Made by a program: the position numbers and the translations under genes | Source of the DNA: Eledone cirrhosa | Taxonomy: Eukaryota | Direction: 5' to 3' | Assembly (NCBI GenBank): GCA_964016885.1 | Contig: OZ024743.1 | Coordinates: 318,618,001-318,682,000 of the forward strand | DNA: 64,000 nucleotides | The notes under the pieces: generated by a model | Told to the model about the DNA's origin: nothing | Database searches by the model: none | What the model saw: only the letters and a program-made list of their open reading frames with translations | Part shown: one piece after another, positions 41,196 through 54,202 of the stretch | How positions within the stretch are numbered: position 1 is the first letter of the stretch | How the letters are laid out: each line of letters opens with the position of its first letter

Positions 41196-43734
41196 TAAGT
41201 TATTAGAGATTCAATGAGTAAAGTAACCATTTATATATATTTTTTTAAATTAAAATGAAAATGGACCCTAAAAGTTTAGAGGTGAAATTATGAGGTTTGT
41301 AAGGATCGGAGATAATAAGGGAAATAATTCTACAATGTTATTGTTTTTACATAAAATTATGATGGAAGGTATACATTTAAAATATAAACTCTTAAAAACA
41401 GTTTTCTATCAACACATGGGTGATTTCAGCCAGTTTGGAACCAAGAGGGCTAAGCAACTTTTGAGAAAAAAATGAAATATAGGAATGTTATGAATTATCA
41501 TCATCATTTTTACATATATGTTTTGATGCTGGCATGGGTTGGACAGATCTTCTTTATCACAGATTTCTCCCACTTGTTGCTTTCCTTTGTCATCATCTCT
41601 GTGGGGGTTCAAGATAACAATAATATTGTTAGTGGTAGTGGTATGATAAACCAACATTGAATAATGTCAGTAGTATAATCATTTGACAAAGAAGAGGTAA
41701 ATTCTTTTATACTAACTTTATTTCATTAACTGGTTTGTTTGTACACCTGTATAAAGATTCCACATTTATATATTCATAATTAATCTTTAATTAGCATGAT
41801 GGGTGGCACCCAGATAGAGAAACATTAAAAAAAGAATAATGAGACTAAAGGAATGCAACTAGTAAAAATCTAAAAGAATAGAGGAAAACATAACAACAAG
41901 AGGCTGGATCAAGTTTACATATTAACAAAGAATGTGAAGCAGGTGAGATTTCCTGTTGTCTTAAAGATAGTGGGAATAATTCTTATCATACTGGGTCTGT
42001 AATGTGCTGTTGGCACTGAAAAATATACATTGAATTATCATTATCTTTGGATTGGCAGTATCGGTAGAGGGTCGGTCGCCATGCTTTCCAGCATAGTTAC
42101 GTCCCTTTACGATCTGAGTTCAAATCCTGCCGAGGTTGACTTTGCCTTTCATCCTTACGGGGTCGATAAAATAAAGTACCAGTAATGCACTGGGTAATTG
42201 CTGGCCTTGTGCCTAAAGTAGAAGCAATTATCTTTAGGCATACTTTGATTGAAATAAGATCACAGAAAATGTCTATAAAAATTCATTGCAGAAGACTTTT
42301 ATAAATAGCTTAACAAGAATGTGAAATTTGGTAAAGAATTTCAGGTTTTTTGAAATAATTTAATTAAGAAAATGTATAAAGTTGGTCTTTATTAATCTGA
42401 TCAAGCTTGTGTTTGGAACAAAACCTACATAAAATGGAGGGTTTTTAGATAAATATAAACACTTTAAAACAAACAGTTTTATATCATAGAATCAGAGGCA
42501 GTTTGGTATAAAAATGGGTAATTTTCAGAGGAGCTTGCACAGACTGGAGCCCCAAAGCAGTCATGTCCTAATTTGTAATTTTTTTCTCATAGCTTCTTTC
42601 CTAGATACACCTGACCCACGACTCTCTCTTCCTTACCTTACCCTGTATTTTCAGTCATTTTTCCCTTGAATTTTAACATTCTGAAATTCTTTTTCTAACC
42701 CTGTTCCCCTTGTAGACATTTTCAAATTGAATGAGTTGTGTATATTCAGTTTAGAATAAATACACAATATCCTTGTGTTGTAAGAGGCAACTAAAGCATT
42801 AGTGCCAAGAAGGGCATCTGGCTATAAAACATTGCTTCAAAAAATGGGCATCATGATGAATATGAAACCTTTCATGGGGGGTTTTCAAAGCTAACTCCTG
42901 CTTAAGCAGGAAAAATGGCCTTTGAATGCTTGCTGTTACACACAGGTTGAAACTGAAAATGAACTACATTAATCTCAGCAATCAGGGAAGGCATTTAAAA
43001 GTCATAGACACTGTCCCACCACTCCCACCGACAAACTTATTAATTTATAGACTGCAAATCAAACTTTCACAACACTAATGATTAGTGCATAAGTAAATAA
43101 AGATCCAAACATATTAAACATGCTTGACAGTTGTATATGGTGGTAAATTGACAAAGTTGTTAGAGTGTGGTATTAAGTGTCACACCGTTTGTTCTGGCTC
43201 ACTTTGTTTTGAGTTCAAATGTTGCTGATGTTAACTTTACCTATCACTCTTTCTGGGTTGATAAAGTTATATAACCAAATTTCTCCAGATTGTTGATCGT
43301 TTTGGTATCAGAATCTATGACATATTTACTGCCTTCAGAAGCTAAAATGTGGCTGTTGTCCATCATATTATTCTAATTTGATTCTTATACAAGTTATATA
43401 AGAAATAGGTTTGACAGAAATATAGCTGTAGAGATATAATTTCCCTGTGTGGTAAGTTGTAAGAGAAACCAACTGATAAATCTAATAATAAGGAATTAGA
43501 AGTCCAGAAATTTAGACAACAGTCAATATACAACGTTGTGAGGATAAATCAACACACATCACCGAGCTACTAAGCACTTTCATAATGAATAAGTATATAT
43601 TCATAAATATGTCTATATGATAAGACAGTAAGCATGCACATACATGTACACAGGTCCGAACACAGAGGAGCCAAACTCCTACCGTCATCGCCTCCATCTC
43701 TCTCACCCTCCCCATCTCTCTCTATTATGAGCAA

Positions 43735-44200
43735 ATGGGGTCCCACATGCTGGCCACCCCACGGCCCAAGCGAACAGAATGGAGGTGTTTCCCCAGAGGA
43801 TGATAAAGGAGATGCGCTGGAAGAGCCATTCCATCTCATGGGGCTCACACCTGTGGTTCGCCAGCTCAGTGCCTATGGTGGTAGGTGGGGAGGTAGCCCT
43901 AGGGCCAAGGATACCAGAAGTTTCCACTGCTAGGGGCTCAACTGCAAACCTGTCGGAGAGTGACCGATACTTGGAGAGTTTACCCTCCTTAGTCTGAAGT
44001 GCAGCAGAACCTGGGTTAGTCGCAGACTGCACCAGGTTGCCGTTGGAGAATATGTCGTTGCAAGTGGCATCCCAGATATGGGGTTTACCACCGCGGAATG
44101 GGAAGATGGCCATGCCATCTAGCCTTTTGCCATCCCTTCGGTCTAGCCCCCCCGGCTCGAGCTGGGAGGGGAAGCCTGCAGCATCCAAGACATGCTTTAT
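43735..44200 (-). mobile_element. CRE-like non-LTR retrotransposon, C-terminal restriction-like endonuclease fragment
   Basis: DGKRLDG..PFRGGKPHIWDATC..KLSKY..EPLAVETSGILG, then LFQRISFIILWGN after a frameshift. Confidence 0.75.
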
Positions 44201-44204
44201 GATC

Positions 44205-44635
44205 TGTGTTTCAACTATGTTGGTAGCAGTCTAGTTTTACACAAGATGTACAGATTCAAGGTTTTAGTTGTATCTCACCTGTGTTGGCAGCAGTTTAGCT
44301 CTACACAAGATGTACAGATTCAAGGAATTAGTTGTACCTCAATTGTGTTGAGGTACAACTAATTACAAGATGTAACAATTCAAAAAATTAATTTTATCTC
44401 AACTGTGATGGTAGCGCACTAGATCTACACAAAATGTATAGATTCAATTACTTGTGTCTCAACTGTGTTGTTAGCACAATAGATCTACATAAGGTGTAGA
44501 AATTCAAGGAATTAGTTGTATTTCAACTGTGATGGTAGCACACTAGATCTAAACAAGATGCACAGATTCAATTAGTTGTGTCTCAACTGTGTTGTTAGCA
44601 GTCTGGCTCTTCATGGGATGTAGAGATTCAAGGAG
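44205..44635. repeat. ~60-bp minisatellite, about 7 diverged copies
   Basis: Repeating TCAACTGTGTTGGTAGCA...CTACACAAGATGTACAGATTCAAGGAATTAGTTGTA-like unit. Confidence 0.85.
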
Positions 44636-45989
44636 AAATATAGGTCAAGATATTAAGTGACATAGCAAAAGTTTTAACTTTAATTTCAAAATCTGAAAAT
44701 CATTTTATAGTTTTGATTATATTATTTCGAAGGAGTGATTATTTCTGTAAAATGAATTAATTTGACTGTAAATGTAAATGAATATTCTGAAATTAAATAC
44801 TTTGATTCAATATGATAGCAAGCATACTGTTTTCCCATTTAATTTAATGTTGCTTTAATTTATGTTTAGAAAAAAAGTTAAATATGAAACATTTCAAAAA
44901 TTTCATTTATTCAATAAATTCCTTTTTTTGTTTTTTAATGAAATGTGATTCATGAGAGGAAGGAGCTTATTATTCTTTGTGAATGCCAGACAGGAGCAGG
45001 AGATTTTTCACAGCTTTTATTGCAATCTTGGTGTAGTAGTTGATATCAATAGTTTAACATTTGAAATTTAATTCTTTGTTAAGTTTTGTTTCATTACCAG
45101 AAACCAGATTTGCTGAGTTTCAAGTATCTTGCAGATAATATACATTACTAAAATTCATATTAGTTTATAATTAATATATTTTCAAATATTAATTAATCCT
45201 TTTGATTCCAAACTGCCTGAAACTGCCTTGGGTTTACATTAGAAAGTTGTATAAAATTATCTAACAACCTTTCAACATGATTTAATGCAAGGACCTTTGT
45301 TAACATCAGATTAATAATGAGAGAATTACTTATAGTACTAAATCCCCACAATTTTATTTTTCAAAATTATTTTAAAATCATAGAAAAATGGAAACAAAAA
45401 AGTTAAAATGATACTTTATGATGAGAAAGCAATATATGCATAGATTTTGTACCCATTACATTGTGCACTCAACCATCAACTCCAAATATATTTGCCTGGT
45501 TTTCACACTGGCTGACTATTTTCAAGATGTTTCTAGAATTTCAATACATCATTGATTTTGTATCCTTTCTCTATATTACCAATTAACCATTTTTGTGACT
45601 GAAATACACTGATTTGTATTTTACTTAATACTTAAAATAATCAAGGCTTTTGAGGGGTTTAATAAAATAATAATTTTTTTTTTTCTAAAGATGATGTTTG
45701 GAGCATAACTTAACAATTTCTGAGATGAAATTCTGATGGGGGTGAGTGTGGGGATTAATTTTGAATATGAACACTTTAAAACAAGATTTTTTGTACCATA
45801 AAACCAAAGTAGTTTCAGATAGGTTTGGATCAAAAAGGTTAAATTATCTATTCTTAATTTATCGTATACCTTTAATTACCAGTCTTCAATTTAGATCTTG
45901 CCTGCTATTATTGAATAAAAATGTGGTTAGATTTTATGTAGTGAAATATTGAAATATTGTTTCCAGAATGTTTATGTAAAAGTGTTTAA

Positions 45990-46229
45990 CCCTTTTGTTA
46001 TGATATTTGCATTGAAAATCTTCAGATCATTTGGAAAATAATCAAGAATTTGGAAGGATTTAGTAATATAACTAGTTTTCTCATTATCAAGCTGGTGCTT
46101 GGACCATAACTTAACAAAAATGTTTACATAAAATTATGATAGGTTTTTAAATAAATATAAAAACTTAAAAATAAATAGTTTTGTGTCATAGAATCAGAAA
46201 TGGTTTGAAGCAGTTTGGTATCAAAAGGG
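45990..46229. mobile_element. piggyBac-type MITE
   Basis: TTAA|CCCTTTTG...CAAAAGGG|TTAA; related decayed copies near 41330-41460, 42340-42520, 45195-45405, 45585-45843 and 57820-57975. Confidence 0.7.
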
Positions 46230-46347
46230 TTAAATAAATATAAACTTGATGTTCAATAAAGATTAGAAAGTATTTTGATATCCCAAAAAAGTTTATAATT
46301 AATAAAAGTAAATTTAAATTAAGAAAACAGTTGAGTTGAATACTTAC

Positions 46348-46456
46348 TTGATGCGTTTGCAGAAATAACACCCCAACACAATAACCAGTATTAAAGTAAA
46401 CAATGCCAGCAAGGATCCTAGGGCTATGACAGCACTTGTAAGGTTGTGCCATTGTC
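46348..46456 (-). CDS. Transmembrane exon (phase 1 to 2) of the EGF-ligand-like precursor
   Basis: CTCTGCAG|GA acceptor and AA|GTAAGT donor; encodes QWHNLTSAVIALGSLLALFTLILVIVLGCYFCKRI. Confidence 0.88.
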
Positions 46457-47408
46457 CTGCAGAGTCAAATGAGCCATTAAACAGTGGTTTATAACATTAC
46501 ATTGTATAACTTTTTCTTAATGCATTATAGAATCACATCAAGAAGCCTTTGAATGTTTTTGTTTAAATAGAGAGGAAATCTGTAGTCAATATCTCAAGAT
46601 TGTGAGGCACTACAGATTGAGAGGCAATACAGATTGAAAAAGGAAGCACTGCAGATTGAGAGAAGAAAACAGGAAAGAAATGTTGTAATGAAAAAAATAA
46701 TGGTTTTTGATTTAGGCCAACAATTTTTGAGGAGGGGAGAATTGATTAAATCAACCCCAGTGCATTACTGGTACTTTATTTTATCCTTTACCTTAATATC
46801 CTTCTATTTGTTATATTATCAGAGTACCTTTGACAGCTCGATAACACTAACAAGAGTCCAGAATTAGTTATAGCTGTTGTCTTGGAGACTAAATCAAAGA
46901 GGCAAAATACTCTAGTTGTTATTTCACTTCTACCTACTCATAATTGACAGGTTAGCCACAAGTGGGATGGAACTTGCCAAATTGGAACAAGGAAACAATG
47001 TTTCCATTGGTCTTTCCCTTGCTGATACTACCTACCAGTCACAACTCCTGACAAAAGGAGCAATGTGAAATAAAGTTTCCCATTCAAGGACATAAAACAT
47101 TGCACAGTCTGGGAATTGAACTCATAACCTCATGATTGCAAATCCAATTCTCTAACCACTAAGCCATGCACCTTCACTAGAAGCATGATTCAAATGAATG
47201 TAACCCCCACCCCATCAAAATAACAACAACAACTAACAACATACATTCTGAACCTTTATTTAGTTTCTGCATTGTCTTTTGTGCAATATTCACAAAAATA
47301 TTCCTATATTAACTATATCATTCCTATAGTATTCCTATATTATCTATATCATTCCTATATTATCTATATCATTCCTATATTATCTATATCATTCCTATAT
47401 TGGCTATA

Positions 47409-48417
47409 CTAGTTGTAGCCCAGTTTTCCTTGGAACATTCAGAAACACACACACACACACACTTTTTTCGCATGTTTTGACAGACTCACACTTAAAATTC
47501 CCACATTTCCAGGTAACACTCTCTACCTATCTATTTCCCACATTTCCAGGTAACACTCTCTACCTATCTATTTCCCACATTTCCAGGTAACACTCTCTAC
47601 CTATCTATTTCCCACATTTCCAAGTAACACTCTCTACCTATCTATTTCCCACATTTCCAGGTAACACTCTCTACCTATCTATTTCCCACATTTCCAGGTA
47701 ACACTCTCTACCTATCTATTTCCCACATTTCCAGGTAACACTCTCTACCTATCTATTTCCCACATTTCCAGGTAACACTCTCTACCTATCTATTTCCCAC
47801 ATTTCCAAGTAACACTCTCTACCTATCTATTTCCCACATTTCCAAGTAACACTCTCTACCTATCTATTTCCCACATTTCCAGGTAACACTCTCTACCTAT
47901 CTATTTCCCACATTTCCAGGTAACACTCTCTACCTATCTATTTCCCACATTTCCAAGTAACACTCTCTACCTATCTATTTCCCACATTTCCAGGTAACAC
48001 TCTCTACCTATCTATTTCCCACATTTCCAAGTAACACTCTCTACCTATCTATTTCCCACATTTCCAGGTAACACTCTCTACCTATCTATTTCCCACATTT
48101 CCAGGTAACACTCTCTACCTATCTATTTCCCACATTTCCAAGTAACACTCTCTACCTATCTATTTCCCACATTTCCAGGTAACACTCTCTACCTATCTAT
48201 TTCCCACATTTCCAGGTAACACTCTCTACCTATCTATTTCCCACATTTCCAGGTAACACTCTCTACCTATCTATTTCCCACATTTCCAGGTAACACTCTC
48301 TACCTATCTATTTATCTTTCACACACATACTCTCTCTCTCTCACTGTATTTCTGTCTCAACAGCAACAACCTGTTATTTTTATCTTGAAACAAATTTTAA
48401 TTCTATCTAGCTTTCAG

Positions 48418-48454
<37 letters not shown>

Positions 48455-48702
48455 CTCTCTCCCATAACAACAACAACCTGTCATTATAAGTCTGTGTTAC
48501 ATTGTCTATATGTTGAAAGAGAGAAACACACACACACTCGAACAACAACAAAAAACCCCTGTATTTTTGTTCCTTCAGACAAGTTACATTTTAGTTAGAG
48601 AGAAGGGGAGGTGGAGTGAGTGAGAGGTGGAATAATATTTCCCTCCCTCTATATAAACAGCATGAAAGATGGACTGATGGATGACTCTTATTATAGTATA
48701 GA
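47409..48702 (-). mobile_element. Non-autonomous Helitron carrying a 37-bp minisatellite
   Basis: Minus strand A|TCTATACTATAATAAG ... GGGCTACAACTAG|T gives 5'-TC, 3'-CTAG and an AT target; inserted in a 20-bp ATTCCTATATTATCTATATC repeat. Confidence 0.7.
47497..48312. repeat. 37-bp minisatellite, about 22 near-identical copies
   Basis: Unit TTCCCACATTTCCARGTAACACTCTCTACCTATCTAT with a single G/A variant site. Confidence 0.97.
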
Positions 48703-49552
48703 TTATTTCTATATTATCTATATTCTTCCTATATTATTCCTATATCATTCCTACTACTTTATTCTCACTGTTGTTGCTCTAAGCTTCAGGTATGTTGCTA
48801 TGATAGCAAAACACCATTTTAAAAAAGCTGTTTTGCTGTACCAAACACAAGGTACTATAGCTTCTTGATCGTCTAGTAAATAATATAAACAAATCCCCAC
48901 CACCTCCTAGAAAAAAAAAAATCGTCCTGCTTTCAAGAGAGAGCAAATATTCTAAAACCATTTGTCGCCAATATCATTGCTTTTGAAAACAAAGATTTGA
49001 CATCTATTAATTACTTATCCATCAGGCGTATCTTGTTATGTCGGAGCTTCAGAACACTTTGATATGTTTTTCCAGCGCTAAACTAACCAGCCAACCGATC
49101 GACCAACCGACCAATGCCAGTGTGAAATCTAACCAATTATATATATTTAGTTAGACTTTGAGACACTTTCCAGCGCCAAGCTAACTATAAGCAGTCAACC
49201 ATCCAACCGACAAACACTCATGTGAAATCCAACCAGGTGTGTTTAGTTAAGATGTCTATTCATTCCAAGGATGTTATTCTCCCAACCATCAAGAACAATC
49301 TCTAAATATTGATGCTTACCTTCATTGTAACTAACGAGTGAACTCTATAAATCCCATTCTAACATGTAGTATGACTCACTGTAGTAGTAGTAGTAGTAGC
49401 AGTAGCAGTAGTAGTAGTAGTAGCAGTAGCAGTAGTAGTAGTAGTAGTATTTGTTGCTTTTGAATGTCTATTTCCTTAACCCACATTTATTTTTTCTATC
49501 AGCAACAATTCTTGTATGTTTTCTGGCCTGATTTATTTTAATTTTATTTATA

Positions 49553-49609
<57 letters not shown>

Positions 49610-49629
49610 GTCTTGTTTTTATAGTGTGT

Positions 49630-50600
49630 CATCACTGACATAGATGCCAACTTGATGAATGTCACAGTGCTGAAATATGCAGATGACATCAAGATGTACC
49701 TTGAGATAAAAAGGACTGATCCTGTACACTATAGATCTTTCCTGCAATCAGACCTGGACACAATGCAACAATGGATTATGGAGTGGCAACTCAAGCTGGC
49801 TGTGGACATGTGTACCATCATGCATTTTGGGAGGAAAAAACCCAGCTTTCACATACTCCCTCCACAACACTAATATCAAGAAGTCTTTTTGTGAACGTGA
49901 CCTGAGCATTATTGTCAACAACGATTTGCGTTGGACAAAACATATCTCTAAAATTGTCAAGAAGGCTGAGGGTGTCTTCGCATCACTCAATAAGACCTTT
50001 GTTAGCCGCTCTCCAGCTATCTATTTAAAGCTATATGCAGCTATTGTGCGTCCACATTTTGCACCACCAGTCTGGAACCCCTATCTTGGTCAGAATATTG
50101 ATCTCCTGGAAACTGTTCAGAGACGTGCAACCAAACAAATACCCTCCATCAGGCATCAACCATACTCTGAACGCCTTGCTCCCTGGGCATGGATACATTA
50201 AAGCTCCAATGTCGTGCAACTGACTTGGTAGACACCCACATCTTTCCAACAACAACCCTGAGCACCTTTTTAAATTTCATATGTCTAACACCCATGGATA
50301 TGCTTACAAAATCAGAAAACAGTACAGCTCCCATGACTTTCGTTGCTGAAGCATGGAACAAACTACCTGTATTGGTTGTTTGTTGTCAGGACACTGCATC
50401 CTTCAAAACTTCCATGCTTTCTGAAATTCGCCAATATTACACCTGATATTCCCCCTCCATACACATGCATGCATGTGTGTATGTATGTGTGTATCATTAC
50501 TCATACACTGTTCACTTTCCAAACTTCTGTACATTCTATGTACTATACATGCACCTTTGATAAGTTGTAGTGCACCTGAGCACTGTACATAATTTTCATA
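49630..50600 (+). mobile_element. CR1-clade LINE 3' fragment
   Basis: VLKYADDIKMY...LQSDLD...ERDLSIIVNNDLRWTKHI...WNPYL...LETVQRRATK. Confidence 0.88.
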
Positions 50601-51614
50601 TACTCACGTAGATACTGCATTACCAAGCACAGCTCTCTGCATTTTCTGTATGTGCAGTGTGGTCTTTGGTGGTGGTGTTTTAATTGTTTTGAGAGTACTT
50701 TTCATTATATATCTGCAGTGCCTAGTAGTGCTATTTTCTATATGTTGTAAATATTTGTACATCCTGGGGTTTTGGTTATGTATCTGTCTGCATGTTTTTT
50801 TGTCATTCTCTGAGTACTTATTATAGAGATTATGTGAATTGGCAGTATCGGTAGAGGGTCGGACGCCATGCTTTGGTGCATAGAGTTACGGCCCTTGCCA
50901 TTCTGAGTTCAAATCCCGCCGAGGTTAACTTAGCCTTTCATCCTTACGGGGTCGATAAAATAAGGTACCAGTAATGTACTGGGATAATTGCTGGCCTTGT
51001 GCCAATAGTAGAAACAATTATCTCTGGTTTATCATCAACATTCAGGTTATTTTTATATCTGATCTCCAAGAGAGAGACAGTCTGATTTCGAGAGTGACAG
51101 TTTTATGTCAGGGAAGACAATCTGAGCTCAATGATGATAATCTAACCCAATGAGGACAGTTTAACCTCAAGGGAGATAATCTAACATGAAAGAAGAATCT
51201 GACCTACTGTATCAAAATCTGACTGACAATCAGTTTGATCATTGAAGAAAATTTGAATATTGAGGAGGCTGCTTGAACACCAGGGAGATCGTTTGACCAC
51301 CAGAGTAAAATAATCTGACCATCATTTGCAGTGGAATTTTGTTAGTGTCCAGGTCACAGAGGAGACAACACAAATTGAACACCCCAAGAAATAAAGAAGA
51401 AAGGGAACATAACATTATATATGTTTTTAACTAAAATGGTTTTACTATGATGTAATAGTTTCAGTTCACTGTCTCTGGTGAAGTCACATGCCAAACAAGT
51501 ACAAGTATGAAGTGTGGTGTGTGTGTGTATGTACATACATGCATGTAGACAAATACATCTCAATCTCTCTCCCTCTCCCTCTTATATATATATATAATAA
51601 CTAACAAATAGTTT

Positions 51615-52101
51615 ATCTCTCTACATGGCTGAATACAATAAATGCAATCCGAGTTTTTCGAATATTAATAATAGTTTTCAATTATGCAAACAGCCTCCTT
51701 AAGCCATGTCAGTAGAATGACCTCGACATTCTTGCTTTTGTGTTGGCATGTAAACAGAACTGCAGACACTAATGTTTCTGGGTGATTACCCTTCACCAGT
51801 ACAAAATACTGCTTGCCTGCGAACTGTCAGAGCTAGTGAAAATATATATTTTCTAAAATATACAGTGACTGATTGGCCTGATTTGCATATTAGCAGACTG
51901 GCTGATCAGTCAGATCTGCATATTAGCAGACCCACTGATCAGCCAGATTTACATATTATCAGATAAGCCAGTCAGTTGATATGCCAACACAAGAGCAAGA
52001 ATGACAGAGTCATTCTACTGATATGGCTTTAAGAGGCTGTTTGCATAACTGCAAATGAATCAAATACTATTATTAATATTTGAAAAACTCAGATTACATT
52101 T
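51615..52101 (-). mobile_element. Second copy of the 5715-6380 family, with inverted termini and a mutated hammerhead core (CTGGTGA)
   Basis: Reverse complement of ~5990-6380 followed by an inverted copy of the terminus at 51980-52101. Confidence 0.7.
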
Positions 52102-52228
52102 ATATATACATATAACTGATATATGTTGGGTGTGGTGGTGGGATTGTATTTTTTCTATAAGCAATTAATACACTGAGCTTTCTTACATTTGGTAACAAAT
52201 GAGTGATATACTCACTCCTATTCATCTC

Positions 52229-52842
52229 CTATATGTTTGCTTGGTGGTTGTTAAGATGGAAGGCATACACCTGCGTTTTGCTGGCATTAGCGTTAAGGTA
52301 CCATTTTTTGTAGTATGCAGAGAGAGTTGATAGTCTTTCCTCGATTGTGTCAAAGGAGCCTGACTGTGTTGCAATGCAGAGATCATCCGCATATATGAAT
52401 CTACGAATATTGTGGAACTGTGGCTGGTCATTTGCGTAAATGTTGAACAGCATAGGGGCCAGCACAGACCGTGGATAGCCTGGAGTATGCATAATCGGTG
52501 GCTTACAGGTTGGAAAAGTGGAGGGAGAGTGACCGCCGCCCACCCATTGCGGCCTTACCAAACCCAAATGAAAGCCTCCCAATGGAACATCTCTTAGCGG
52601 AAAGGACTGGGTAACCCTAAACAGGGCCAGAGCCAAAACGGGCAAAACTGGAGACAACCTCCACAAGTGGGGATTGCCCACCTGCGCTGAGTGCCCTTGC
52701 GGCGGGACCTCCCAGACCATAGCCCACATCCTCCATGCGTGCTCACTGGGACCCACATGATCCGACCAAGACCTGATGGAAGCAAACGACGCTGCACTTC
52801 AATGGATACAGCACTGGCGAGACAAGATATGATGATGATGAT
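52229..52842. mobile_element. RTEX-like LINE with a 5' inversion
   Basis: RT motif LFNIYANDQP..FIYADDL..FHLNN on the - strand (52229-52480); C-terminal CPCGGTSQTIAHILHAC and (GAT)n tail on the + strand. Confidence 0.75.
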
Positions 52843-52848
52843 CTCCTA

Positions 52849-52898
<50 letters not shown>

Positions 52899-54103
52899 TA
52901 TATATATATATGTATGTGTGTGTTTTTAAATGTATTGCCTTCTCCTCCATTTATTTTTGCTTATATATATATATATATATGTGTGATCTATTAAACAGCC
53001 CCACCAATACATCCAACATATATCAGTTAAGCTTGATATATCTGTCTACAATATCTAATTATAATGGACTGTTGATATATTATATGCCTCCATTAGCATT
53101 TAAGCATAATGTATCTCCTCTCCTGATATTTCATTTTAATAGTTTCGGTTGATACATGATATACATAAGCTCTACATTTATACAGTTAAAAATGATATAA
53201 TCTCTTATGATATATCTTTTTTAAAGATAAAACTTAGAAATAACATATACAAATAATACATAAGGGAATTTCATGACATTAAATATAACATGTAAAAATA
53301 TATAAAACAATGTTAATATATTGCAGTTGTTGTTTCTTTTTTAAATTTTGTTTTACATATTTACATAAACATAAGTTTTACATATGTACATATTTATATA
53401 AACACAATTTCCACTGAGTTGACATGCTGCAAGGTTCACAGACAACAGGTGAACCTGTGTAGTTGTGAAATGTTATCCAAGATATCAGAAAAAAATCGAC
53501 TTGGATGTCCTTCAAGACAATGGGAAGGCAACATAGTGAAATGGAAAATAAAGGTACAATCAAGATAGGAATTGTGGCACATTGTATATAGATATCTAAT
53601 ATTTGATTGATCTAAAGATATGGTAAGAGATAGGAAACAATAGTAACAATTGGTTAAGCAATATACAATTTTTGATATGAATATGATCTTATATCAATTT
53701 GTTGACCAATCAATGACATAGCTTTGAAATGAAACTGGAGGGAAAATAGTAAATACATTATTAATATAGATACTTTAGAATATTGTTTAAATCTTTCTAA
53801 TTGTCTGATATGAGTAAGATTTATATATATTATTGAAAGTAGAGGATTGACCGCAAGATTAGTGGTTTTGGATAGTTACCTCATCTGTGAAATGTATGTA
53901 ACAGGTCAGTGTACAATGTTATGTGTGTTTCACAGATGATTGGCCTAAGGTCACCATTGGAAGTTATTGAGCTGACTCCAGTATCAATCTGTTTATCAGA
54001 CTGGTGATTCAACAAAAAGTATGTGAGTGTGAGTTAGTGTGAGTGTGAGTGTGTATATTTATATATATATATATATATACATACACTCTCTGTATATATA
54101 TGA

Positions 54104-54202
<99 letters not shown>

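Noticed and set aside
47497-48312. 37-bp repeat resembling a CRISPR repeat in length
   Set aside because: No spacers, contiguous tandem units, eukaryotic context and no cas genes.
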